A stretch of DNA of 64,000 nt. Source: a virus. The stretch spans positions 1 through 64,000 of IMG/VR virus record IMGVR_UViG_3300035185_000025; one strand, 5' to 3'. The position numbers were made by a program, and so were the translations under genes. The notes under the pieces are model-generated. The model made no database searches. It was given only the letters and a program-made list of their open reading frames with translations, and had not been told where the DNA came from. Shown one piece after another: positions 46,245-54,967 of the stretch (position 1 is its first letter; each line of letters starts with the position of its first letter).

Positions 46245-46900
46245 GCCGCCAGAATTCCAACCCCGACCCAGACGACCCGCAGTTCGTGAAGGCCCGCGCC
46301 TTCGATGTGATCTCCGCCCTCGCCTCCGCGCGCGCGCGCCTCGAGAAGCAGAAGGCCGACGCGCTCGCCAAGTGGACGAAGCTCCTCAGCGACAAGACCA
46401 AGCAGTACCGAGAGATCCTGCGCGACCCTGACCACCACAAGGCCGGGCAGAAGGCGAAGGCCGGGTACTTCGACAGCGTCGTTGGACTCGTCCAGGAGCG
46501 CGACGGGCTCAACGAGGACAAGAAGTCCGACATGGCGGCGCGTAAGGCCAAGATCGCCAAGATCGACGAGGCCGACGCCGAAGCCAAGAGCGCGAGCAAG
46601 TCAGGCGACGGCGCCCAGATGGCGCTCCTGCAGGACGCGAGCAAGGTCGCCGGCATGCCGTGGGCGACCGACGGCACGCTCGGTGTCGTCTACGCGGCGC
46701 TGCTGCACCTCGACGAGGCCGGCGCGGATCTCGACGACGACCAGCGCGCGCTGCTTCAGGAGCTCGCGGAAGTCGACATCGAAGGCGCGGACCTCGGGCT
46801 CTCCGCCGAGGAGGCGATCGAGGACGACAGCGAGGTCGAGGCGTTCGAGTCCGAGGACGACGAGGAGGTCGACCTCGACGACGAGACGTTGCCGTTCTGA
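46241..46900 (+). CDS. coiled-coil protein with acidic DETLPF tail
   Basis: ATGA coupling. Confidence 0.7.
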   Translation: MSRQNSNPDPDDPQFVKARAFDVISALASARARLEKQKADALAKWTKLLSDKTKQYREILRDPDHHKAGQKAKAGYFDSVVGLVQERDGLNEDKKSDMAARKAKIAKIDEADAEAKSASKSGDGAQMALLQDASKVAGMPWATDGTLGVVYAALLHLDEAGADLDDDQRALLQELAEVDIEGADLGLSAEEAIEDDSEVEAFESEDDEEVDLDDETLPF

Positions 46901-46939
46901 TCTCGGGAAGCTGACGGCGAGCCCGTTGGTAGAGCGAGC

Positions 46940-47554
46940 ATGAGCACCGAGATCGAGCACCCATTCTCCGACAACCACGCGCCGCTCTGGTCGCAAGCGG
47001 CCCCGAGCGACGCGCAACTCGGGGCCGCTCTGCGCAAGATCGCCGAGGCCAACGGCCAGACCACGAACGGGTTCGCCTACTACGCGAAGCGGTTTGTCGA
47101 GTGGGCGAGCGATGACGAGTGGCTGTGCCGGATGTCGAAGCGCAAGATCCACCGCGTCAAGATCTTCGTGCAGCCTGCCGGCCAAATCGACGGCGTACTC
47201 GAACGCGCCGTCGAGATGCTCGCGGGTCACAACGTTCCGGGGACGGTGTCCGCAGCGTTTGGTGAAGACGAGACCTTCGAGCAACTTCGGCGCGAAACGA
47301 TCAAGCTCCGCGCGCTCCTGGACGCCGAGACGGCGCGACGAAAATCAGCCGAGGAGAGGGTCAATGTTCTGTCCGAGGCACTCGATAAGGCCCACGGAGA
47401 GCAACGCCAGGCAGAGATCGACTATGCCTCGATGAATGCCAGCCTCGAACGGATCGTTGGCGAGCGGCGCCAGGCAGAGATCGACTCCGCTATGCTGAAG
47501 GCCAAACTCGACCGGCTCGTCGCCGTGCTGAGCGAGGTCGCCGGTGACGCCTGA
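46940..47554 (+). CDS. coiled-coil protein with a 21-codon internal duplication
   Basis: class B start; CGCCAGGCAGAGATCGACT at 47405 and 47468. Confidence 0.7.
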   Translation: MSTEIEHPFSDNHAPLWSQAAPSDAQLGAALRKIAEANGQTTNGFAYYAKRFVEWASDDEWLCRMSKRKIHRVKIFVQPAGQIDGVLERAVEMLAGHNVPGTVSAAFGEDETFEQLRRETIKLRALLDAETARRKSAEERVNVLSEALDKAHGEQRQAEIDYASMNASLERIVGERRQAEIDSAMLKAKLDRLVAVLSEVAGDA

Positions 47555-48467
47555 GATCCAGGACCTCGAACCTGGCCAGGCGATCACCGTCGACTGGACC
47601 GCGGCCGAGTACCACGCCGACCGCGAGTGCGTGAGCCGATCGATGCTCGTGGATCTCCCGGAGAATCCGGCGATCTTCATCGCCAAGCAGCGCGGCGAGA
47701 TCGAGCCGGCATCGTCGAAGGCGCTGGACTTCGGGACGCACGTGCACCTGGCCCTGCTCGAGCCCTCGGAGTGGAGCCGTCGCCTGTTCGCTCCGGCGCC
47801 CGCGAAGCCGGAAGACGCCGACGGACGCCGAAAGGCCGGGAGCCCGGAGCGCAAACTCTACGACGCCTGGAAGCTTGAACTGGCCGAGTGGAACGCCGCG
47901 CTCGAACTCCGGCCCGACGCGATCGTGCTGAGCGAGGATGCTCGATCCGCAGTCGAGCGCTGCGCCGGCTCCATGCGCGCTCACCCGATCGTCGCGGCTC
48001 TGTTCGACGCCCCCGGGTCCAACGAGCAGACCGTGATCTGGCGATGCCCCGATCCAGATGTGCTCGTGCGCGTCCGCTGCGATCGCATCGCGTTCCCCGA
48101 CGCCGACACCGTGGTGGTGTTCGACGCGAAGACGACAGTGAACCCGAGCCCGGAAGCGTTCGGCAAGTCGATGGCGGTCTACGGCTACGACGTCCAGGGC
48201 GCACTCTACAGCGACGCCGTGCGGGCGCTCCACCCAGGCAAGGCCGTCCACTTCATCTTCGGCGCGGCGAGGTCTCGCGCGCCATGGGAGGCCGCCTGCT
48301 ACTCGCTCGAAGCCGAGGAGTACGAGGCCGGACACCGCAAGTACATGGCTGCGCTTCACGATCTCGTGCGGCGCCGAGAAACGAACGACTGGATCGCGCA
48401 GTGGCAGCGCGGACTCAACCAAGCCCGGATGCCACGATGGGCACTCACACAGGACCACGACCAATGA
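47544..48467 (+). CDS. RecE/exonuclease VIII-like PD-(D/E)XK nuclease
   Basis: EYHA..VSRS, FGTHVHLALLEP, RVRCDR, DAKTT, YDVQGALY. Confidence 0.88.
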   Translation: MTPEIQDLEPGQAITVDWTAAEYHADRECVSRSMLVDLPENPAIFIAKQRGEIEPASSKALDFGTHVHLALLEPSEWSRRLFAPAPAKPEDADGRRKAGSPERKLYDAWKLELAEWNAALELRPDAIVLSEDARSAVERCAGSMRAHPIVAALFDAPGSNEQTVIWRCPDPDVLVRVRCDRIAFPDADTVVVFDAKTTVNPSPEAFGKSMAVYGYDVQGALYSDAVRALHPGKAVHFIFGAARSRAPWEAACYSLEAEEYEAGHRKYMAALHDLVRRRETNDWIAQWQRGLNQARMPRWALTQDHDQ

Positions 48468-49234
48468 CCAACGCAGCGCTAGCTACCACCACCAAAGACG
48501 ACCGCAGCCTCAACGCGTTCAGCTCCGCTGACGCGTTCGAGACCGCCCAACGAATGGCGAGGGCACTCGGCGCGAGTTCGCTCGTTCCGGCCGAGTACCG
48601 CGGGAACATCTCGAACGTGATGATCGCCATGGAGCTCGCGGCGCGGATCGGCGCGTCCCCGTTCGCGGTGATGCAGAACCTCGACATCATCCACGGCCGG
48701 CCGAGCTTCCGATCAACCTTCCTGATCGCGACCGTCAACGCGTGCGGCCGCTTCACCCCGCTTCGCTTCCGCTTCGAGGGCGAGCCCGGCACGCAGGCGT
48801 GGGGGTGCCGCGCCTACGCCAAGGACACGAAGTCCGAAGATGAGTGCGTTGGGACGCTGATCACCATGGGCCTCGCCAAGGCCGAGGGATGGACCAACAA
48901 GAAGGGCTCGAAGTGGCTGACGATGCCGGAGCAGATGCTCATGTACAGGGCCGCCGCGTTCTGGACACGCGTCTACGCGCCGGAGTTGAGCCTCGGCATG
49001 CACACCCGCGAGGAGCAGGAGGACGTCCATTTCGCGGGGCAGGTCGAGCGCGCGCCGAGCATGCTCGAGCAGAAGCTCATGCAGATCAACACGCCGGCGC
49101 AGGCCGACGAGGAGCCGCAGCTTGTCGACGTCGAGCGCGTCGAAGAGCCGGCCGAAGCCGATGCGCAGCCGGAGCACGTCGAACACGACCCGGACACGGG
49201 CGAGGTCTACGGTGTCGAGGACGACGGGAAGTGA
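48464..49234 (+). CDS. RecT/Beta-like ssDNA annealing protein
   Basis: LVPAEYRG, VMQNLDIIHGRPS, WLTMPEQMLMYRAAAFW; coupled to the exonuclease. Confidence 0.8.
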   Translation: MTNAALATTTKDDRSLNAFSSADAFETAQRMARALGASSLVPAEYRGNISNVMIAMELAARIGASPFAVMQNLDIIHGRPSFRSTFLIATVNACGRFTPLRFRFEGEPGTQAWGCRAYAKDTKSEDECVGTLITMGLAKAEGWTNKKGSKWLTMPEQMLMYRAAAFWTRVYAPELSLGMHTREEQEDVHFAGQVERAPSMLEQKLMQINTPAQADEEPQLVDVERVEEPAEADAQPEHVEHDPDTGEVYGVEDDGK

Positions 49235-49260
49235 TCGGCGCGGTCGACGGTAGGCCGGAC

Positions 49261-49425
49261 ATGAGCGCACGTGAGAAACTCGGACCATACGTCTGGGACA
49301 TGGTCGTCAACCGACCGGACGAGCCGATCTGGTGGGGCGCGGACATACCATCGCTGAAGCCGTCCGACGTCCGCGAAATCTGGGACGCGCGACGGGACGC
49401 TCATGCCAAGAGGTCGAAGTCATGA
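49261..49425 (+). CDS. hypothetical protein
   Basis: class B start. Confidence 0.55.
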   Translation: MSAREKLGPYVWDMVVNRPDEPIWWGADIPSLKPSDVREIWDARRDAHAKRSKS

Positions 49426-49856
49426 ATCGTGAGGCGGCACTAGCCCACGGGCGCGAGTGGATGGCGGCCGGATGGGAGCTGAAGCCGGGCCAGGTCCTTC
49501 GGCATGGCGAAGACACCGGGGCCATCGTCCTGGTTGTCGGTGTCCATCTCGCCGAGCGCGGAGCCGAGGGCTACTGGCTCGATCTTGTGCGCCTCGGAAC
49601 GGGCGAGAAGATTCACCGACGAGCGCGGCACTATGTTCCCGACCCGCGAGACGACGGGTTCCTCGGTCACGCGCTCGCGCAGGTCCGTCGTGCGTGGGGT
49701 TGGATCGTCGAGGTAGACGTGCTCGCCGATGCCGACGGGTTCGAGGTCGTCTGCCCCGACCTGCGAGGCGATGACCGTGAGTTGGTTGGCGAGCTTCGGT
49801 TCGGAGGCAACACCGAGTCCGAGGCCCTGCTCGCCGCTCGGAAGGCCGCACCGTGA
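49422..49856 (+). CDS. hypothetical protein
   Basis: ATGA coupling; TESEALLAA pattern. Confidence 0.6.
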   Translation: MNREAALAHGREWMAAGWELKPGQVLRHGEDTGAIVLVVGVHLAERGAEGYWLDLVRLGTGEKIHRRARHYVPDPRDDGFLGHALAQVRRAWGWIVEVDVLADADGFEVVCPDLRGDDRELVGELRFGGNTESEALLAARKAAP

Positions 49857-50374
49857 CCGTCGTCATCGACCCCGGCCGCAAGACCGGCGTGGCGATCTAC
49901 GAGGGCACCACGCCGATCGTCGCGGCCTTCACCGACGCGACACCGGCCGAGGCCCACGACCTGCTCAGCTGGTCGAAGGCGCGCGGGCACACGCACCTCG
50001 TGGTCGAGGATCAGCATGCGCCGCGGGATCCGAAGCGCTTCTCGTGGCCGCGGCTCATGACCCTCGTCCGCAGCGCTCACCGGTGGGTGGTGATCGGCGA
50101 GTTGCTCGGGTTCGTGATCGAGCGTCCGAAGTCGAGCGAGTGGCAGAGCGTCATGTTCCGGCCGATCCCGACGCACGACGTGGACACCGGGAAGAAGCTC
50201 ACGACCAAGCATCGCAGCAAGCTCGTCGTCGCGGCGACCTTCGATTGGCTTCCACGGTTCAAGCAGGGCGAGTCCCCCGAGGACGCGAGGCTCGTGCCCG
50301 CCGCGAAGCTGCCGCACGACATCTGCGACGCGGTCGTGATGGGCCGCTGGCACCGCCTGCACAGGAGCAGCTGA
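49853..50374 (+). CDS. RuvC-like Holliday junction resolvase
   Basis: IDPGRKTGVA, VVEDQ, EWQ, DICDAVVMG. Confidence 0.75.
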   Translation: MTVVIDPGRKTGVAIYEGTTPIVAAFTDATPAEAHDLLSWSKARGHTHLVVEDQHAPRDPKRFSWPRLMTLVRSAHRWVVIGELLGFVIERPKSSEWQSVMFRPIPTHDVDTGKKLTTKHRSKLVVAATFDWLPRFKQGESPEDARLVPAAKLPHDICDAVVMGRWHRLHRSS

Positions 50375-50607
50375 TGGAGAAGGTCACAGAGGTACTGGAG
50401 AGCCACGCATTCAGGCGAGACCATGGTCCGGCCGCGATGTGGGCAGTAATAGTCCTCGTGATGCCGGCATGGGCACTGCTCGCCGTCGCCGCTTGCGCAG
50501 CAGGGCTCGTCCTCGCGCTGCCCGGCATCATGGTCGCGCTCGTCCTGGCGATCCCGCACTGGATCCGGGCCCGATCCGACGGACACACGGAGGACACGGA
50601 ACGATGA
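50374..50607 (+). CDS. membrane protein
   Basis: long hydrophobic stretch; TGATG coupling. Confidence 0.55.
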   Translation: MEKVTEVLESHAFRRDHGPAAMWAVIVLVMPAWALLAVAACAAGLVLALPGIMVALVLAIPHWIRARSDGHTEDTER

Positions 50608-50825
50608 TCGAACTCAAGAAATTCACCGAGACTCGTGACGGCCTGACCGCTCGCGCGTACACGCCGACCGACGCGCTGCAGGAACGCATCCCGATCAAAG
50701 TCGAGCGCGACGGCACGGTGGTCTACGAGATCGAGTTCATAGTCTCCAAGCGATCTCTGGCCCTCGACCTGGAGGTCGCGATCCAGAGGGCTATCCGGGC
50801 AGCGCTCGAACGGTCGGTGAACTGA
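50604..50825 (+). CDS. hypothetical protein
   Basis: ATGA coupling. Confidence 0.55.
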   Translation: MIELKKFTETRDGLTARAYTPTDALQERIPIKVERDGTVVYEIEFIVSKRSLALDLEVAIQRAIRAALERSVN

Positions 50826-51043
50826 TGGCGCTCAAGCTCAAGCCCGGAACGGAACTCGTCCTCGCCGTGCGCCAGGACGCCCACGGCTTCGTGCTCGAGC
50901 AGCGTGTCCGCGTCGGCAGGACCGAGGCTCGCGTCAAGGGCAGCAAGGCCCGCCGCTGTCGGACCGAGGAACAACTCTGGATCGAGATCGAGATCCTCGC
51001 GCAGAAGAAGCTGGCGAAGGTCGGCCTGGAGAAGACGTCGTGA
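50825..51043 (+). CDS. hypothetical protein
   Basis: TGATG coupling. Confidence 0.55.
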   Translation: MALKLKPGTELVLAVRQDAHGFVLEQRVRVGRTEARVKGSKARRCRTEEQLWIEIEILAQKKLAKVGLEKTS

Positions 51044-51269
51044 CCGAGGCCTGGAAGATCATGACGCTGGCTGATCTGCCGACCGCCCGAGCCACGATGC
51101 GAGCCACGTCCTCGCCCGACCAAGAGCCCACTCCCGGCGCTCGTCCTGCCGGAGCCGACGACCGAGATCCGCCGTACTGATCGGCGCCGAGCAGTCGAAG
51201 CCGTAGCCGCTCAGGCGTGCGCAAAACCCACGTCGCCGGCGCGCGGACAGCGTGAAGCGGCAGCGGCCC

Positions 51270-51773
51270 TCACGGCACTCCACAGCGCCCGCGTAGACGC
51301 TCTGGACCTCGACGAGGTTTCGCGCCTCGTAACGCGTCACAGCCCGCCACACGAGCTCGTGGGCCACGACAGCGCTGACCTCCGGCGAGCAGAAGGCCGG
51401 ATCGGCGTCGGCGCCCCACTTCCCGGCCTGCCAGCGGAGCGAGAGGCCGTAGGCGCCGAGCCCATCCTCGCGCCCGAGCACGTCCTCCCCGCGCACATGG
51501 CGGACGCTGGCCTCGCCGCAGAACGCCTCGCGGCAGACCACGAGCGCGTGGAAGGCGGCGATGATCGGCGAGACGCCGAGGGCTTCGGTGGTCGCGGTGA
51601 CGCGTGCGGTCCTTGGCCTCGCGCGACCAGGGAACACGGGGCTCGTCACGGGCGTCGCAGTAGTCGCCTGGCACGACGCCAGGTGCCGGCGCCGCGCAGG
51701 CGTTGCAGGCGTAGAGCAGCACGAGGCAGGCGATGATCGCGAGGGCTACTCGCAGGCCGAGTCGATCGTCCAT
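51270..51773 (-). CDS. secreted/lipoprotein, possible lysozyme-like transglycosylase
   Basis: signal LAIIACLVLLYAC; VCRE...GLGAYGL pattern; class A TGCTACCCT. Confidence 0.45.
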   Translation of the reverse strand: MDDRLGLRVALAIIACLVLLYACNACAAPAPGVVPGDYCDARDEPRVPWSREAKDRTRHRDHRSPRRLADHRRLPRARGLPRGVLRRGQRPPCARGGRARARGWARRLRPLAPLAGREVGRRRRSGLLLAGGQRCRGPRARVAGCDALRGAKPRRGPERLRGRCGVP

Positions 51774-51827
51774 GGCCGGGCAGGGTAGCACCAGGAAGCG
51801 CACGCCGGCCGCGGCGGTAGGGCGAGC

Positions 51828-52175
51828 ATGGATCCTGAGCACACGATGATTCTGTTCGACCTTCGGCCGTTCAAGGCGGCCTGCCACCATGCGATCAGCG
51901 AGTGCGAGGCCGGCAGGCTGTCGCCGGATGACGCGGCCGATCAGATCGAGCGGCTCGCGGCTTCGGTGCCCGACCTCGACGAGGTCAAGTACCGCGGATA
52001 CCAGAGCAAGCTCCTGCGTTGCCGGTCGCACGATCGAGCGCGGCGCCTCGTCGACTGTCTCGATGACCACACGGTCCGGCCGTGGGTGCACCTGGCAGCG
52101 CGTGGCCTGGGCCTGGTGGCGAAGCTTGGCGCGCTCGCTCTGTTCGTGTGGTTCATCGTGTGGCTCGTCCGATGA
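51828..52175 (+). CDS. protein with C-terminal TM
   Basis: class B start. Confidence 0.65.
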   Translation: MDPEHTMILFDLRPFKAACHHAISECEAGRLSPDDAADQIERLAASVPDLDEVKYRGYQSKLLRCRSHDRARRLVDCLDDHTVRPWVHLAARGLGLVAKLGALALFVWFIVWLVR

Positions 52176-52364
52176 ACATCAACCGGATTCGTCCGCCCGC
52201 ATCGCGCTGTGGCTGTCCGGCGTCATCAACGACGCGATCCGAGACGCGCGCGATGCTGGACTCGATCAGCGCTCGATCCATCTGCTGCTTCTGAACTACG
52301 CGAATGGCGAGGATCCGAGCGGCCGCGCTCGCACCTCCGCGGGTGCGCAGGTAGACTCGAAGGC

Positions 52365-52922
52365 GTGAAGGCCGACCTCGCCACGTTCCCAGTCGGATCC
52401 GCCGATGGCCTTCCGGTGCTGCACCTCGACTGCGACGGCGCACCGTGGTCCACCGAAGATGCCGACGCCGCGGTCCAGCGCATGGCCGGCGCGCGCGGGA
52501 TCTGGGGCGTGTGGATCGACAACCCTGAGACGTGGGAGAGCCAAGACCTCGACGTTTGGATCGCCGAGCAGCCGTGCGTGATCGCGCTGCGAGAACTCGG
52601 CGCCACGGACTGGCCGGCTGCGGAACTGAACACGGTGCTCGACGTCAGCGCAGCGCTCGAGCACGCGACCGACGTGGATCGGCTCGCCGACTTCGTGGCT
52701 GGATGCGCCGCCGGATCGATCCCGATCATCGCGGACGCGATCGCGCGCGTCGGACCGCTGCAGCGCGCTCCTGTCCCGGCGGCGCTCGACCTGCTCGCCG
52801 ACTTCACCGGCATGCACGGCGAGGGCTACCTGTACACGCCGGCCGACCATCCGCACTGGCCGCTGATGCTTCGTGCGATCTCGAAGTGCGGATCGCAGTG
52901 GTCGCTGAGGAGGTCAGCGTGA
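52365..52922 (+). CDS. hypothetical protein, faintly QueE-like
   Basis: class A TAGACT-N7-GTG. Confidence 0.55.
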   Translation: MKADLATFPVGSADGLPVLHLDCDGAPWSTEDADAAVQRMAGARGIWGVWIDNPETWESQDLDVWIAEQPCVIALRELGATDWPAAELNTVLDVSAALEHATDVDRLADFVAGCAAGSIPIIADAIARVGPLQRAPVPAALDLLADFTGMHGEGYLYTPADHPHWPLMLRAISKCGSQWSLRRSA

Positions 52923-53086
52923 GGCGATTTCAGTGGTGGAGGCGCCTCCGTGGAGGACGGTGGGAGTTGCAGCGGGCTGGCGGTGATGCGTTCGCTTGTT
53001 GGTGGCGTCGTGTTGAGTTGTTCGATCACGATTGCTTCAAGAGCGGAGGATCCTGCGTGATCGCCCGCGAGGACTGGCGACGGTGA
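52919..53086 (+). CDS. Trp/Arg-rich small protein
   Basis: GTGA coupling on both sides. Confidence 0.45.
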   Translation: MRRFQWWRRLRGGRWELQRAGGDAFACWWRRVELFDHDCFKSGGSCVIAREDWRR

Positions 53087-53742
53087 CGACCAGGCCCAAG
53101 CGCCCGTCCGACGAGGACTACGCGCGCGCGCTCGCGCTGTACCGCGGCAACGCTCCGCCCGAGCAAATCGCCGAGCGCGTGGGGCTGTCGCTCGACCAGG
53201 TCGAGCACGCGATGCTCGAGGGCTGGCCGCCGACACGCGGCCGGCATCCGCGTCCAGCGCTTCGAGCATGGGAGCACGAGATCGACGACCGGATGCACCG
53301 GGCTCGGCTCGCCACGCTCGACTGGGCGCAGGCCGTCGCCGAGAGCTCGGCCGTCAGCGCAAAGGACTGGGCAGCGACGCTGAAGAAGTGCTCGGCGATC
53401 AAGCAGTCGATGCTGAATGCGTGGGGCCTGCGCGTGAAGAAGGCGATCGAGGACGCCGACGGCAAAGCCCCGGACCTCGACGGACTCTCCATCGACCTCA
53501 ACTTCGCCCGATCTCTGCGCACGCTGCACCTGATGATGGACCCCGGTCAGCAGGGCAAGATCGCCGACGTCCACCGCGCGCTCGCCGGCGACGAGGACGA
53601 CGCAGATGTCGGCGCCGACGACCGGCTCGCGGCTTCGCTCGCAGGCATGACAGAGGAGCAGATCGATCACTGGGTCGAGACCAACAAACGGCCCGACCCA
53701 GATCAGAAGGTGCTGCCGTTCCCGCAGCAAGACGCGGGCTAG
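53083..53742 (+). CDS. HTH protein, candidate terminase small subunit
   Basis: ALALYRG...EQIAERVGLSLDQV; helical; near the large terminase. Confidence 0.55.
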   Translation: MTTRPKRPSDEDYARALALYRGNAPPEQIAERVGLSLDQVEHAMLEGWPPTRGRHPRPALRAWEHEIDDRMHRARLATLDWAQAVAESSAVSAKDWAATLKKCSAIKQSMLNAWGLRVKKAIEDADGKAPDLDGLSIDLNFARSLRTLHLMMDPGQQGKIADVHRALAGDEDDADVGADDRLAASLAGMTEEQIDHWVETNKRPDPDQKVLPFPQQDAG

Positions 53743-54050
53743 GTCGCCTTCAACATCCGTTCTGCGGACTTGTCGAACATGTGGATCTTCGTCTCGTCGA
53801 TCATCCCGATCGGACGCTGTCCATGCTTGGCCACGAGTAACAGGTTACGCAGCCGACCGATGTCGTCGTTGTCTTCGTGCTCGATATGCGTCGAGCACAT
53901 GTGCTGGTCTGGCTCGCCGTCTTCGCCCTCGAAGCGGTCGAGGAAAAACGTCGCGTGCATGCCGATGTTCTCGCGCTTCGAGATCTCGATGATCTTCGTC
54001 ATGAGCGGCGCGATCTCGTTGTCATAGACGGTTTCTTTTGGTCCTGGCAT
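53739..54050 (-). CDS. conserved phage hypothetical protein
   Basis: KETVYDNEIAPLMTKIIEISKRENI; class B on minus. Confidence 0.75.
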   Translation of the reverse strand: MPGPKETVYDNEIAPLMTKIIEISKRENIGMHATFFLDRFEGEDGEPDQHMCSTHIEHEDNDDIGRLRNLLLVAKHGQRPIGMIDETKIHMFDKSAERMLKAT

Positions 54051-54095
54051 GCAGCGACTACCAGCGCACCATACCGAAGCTTCCCGACGCGCGGG

Positions 54096-54425
54096 CTAGA
54101 ACACGAGCGCAATGGCGGCGAGGACGATCGTCGCAGCCTGTACAGCGATCATGACCTTGAGCTTGGTCGCCTGGCCCTCGTGCACTGCCGTCGCACAAAT
54201 CACGGCGACCTCGATCATGCTCCTGGCCTTGGCCTTCCTGTGCTTCATGACGGGCTCGATCTCCAGGCAGAGCATGTCGACGATCTCCAGCAGATCGTCG
54301 GACGTGTGAAGTACTCCTGCAATCTTCATCGACGCGGTCCTCGTCACAGGATCGAAGACCTCCGTCATCTCTTGTCGGATCTCTACTCGCGCAAGCGCGC
54401 GCGCCACGGCGTGTTCTGTCGTCAT
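54096..54425 (-). CDS. hypothetical protein with C-terminal TM
   Basis: class B on minus. Confidence 0.6.
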   Translation of the reverse strand: MTTEHAVARALARVEIRQEMTEVFDPVTRTASMKIAGVLHTSDDLLEIVDMLCLEIEPVMKHRKAKARSMIEVAVICATAVHEGQATKLKVMIAVQAATIVLAAIALVF

Positions 54426-54514
54426 GTACCGTCTACAAGATCCGTCGGTGCATGCTTCCTGACGCAGGCGCTAGGCCGGAAGCGTTGCTATGCGGAGAAG
54501 GTAGTCCGCGAGCC

Positions 54515-54925
54515 ATGAAGACCAAAGACATCCTCGCCAAAATCAAAGCCGACCCCGCCGCCGAGTTCGCCTTGCGCCCCGGCCCTCACGCCTGGGACTT
54601 CGCCAAAGTCCGGCGGCTTCGATCGCTCGGTAACGGCCGTTGGGCGTACGGCGAGCACAAGCCCCGAGGTCGAGCCGAATGGCTCCGCGGACCCTCCGAC
54701 AGCAGCGTGCGATCGCGTAACCTTGTGGACGTCGCCACGGTCGAAGCCGAGTTCGAAGAGCGAGCGAAACACCGTGCCGGCTTGCAGGCCGAATATCGGC
54801 GGGCGAACAGGGTCGTCGATCGGCTGCGGGCGATCGGTGTGCCTGCGACGAGCACTGGCAAGCGCATCACGATCTTCGACCTGGCCGATTGGGAACGCAT
54901 CCTCGCCCTCGCTGAGCGGTCCTGA
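54515..54925 (+). CDS. hypothetical protein
   Basis: class B motif at 54477. Confidence 0.65.
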   Translation: MKTKDILAKIKADPAAEFALRPGPHAWDFAKVRRLRSLGNGRWAYGEHKPRGRAEWLRGPSDSSVRSRNLVDVATVEAEFEERAKHRAGLQAEYRRANRVVDRLRAIGVPATSTGKRITIFDLADWERILALAERS

Positions 54926-54967
54926 AGATCGGAGCACGCACCCGCGCAGGTGCGCTAGGATCCGAGC

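Noticed and set aside
47405-47486. 19-bp repeat 63 bp apart
   Set aside because: In-frame coiled-coil duplication; no sign of a DGR template/variable pair or reverse transcriptase.
52172-52368. Protein-like frame (ARIALWLSGVINDAIRDA...) out of frame with the nearest ATG
   Set aside because: Could be a frameshifted small gene or a sequence error; cannot be resolved without reads.
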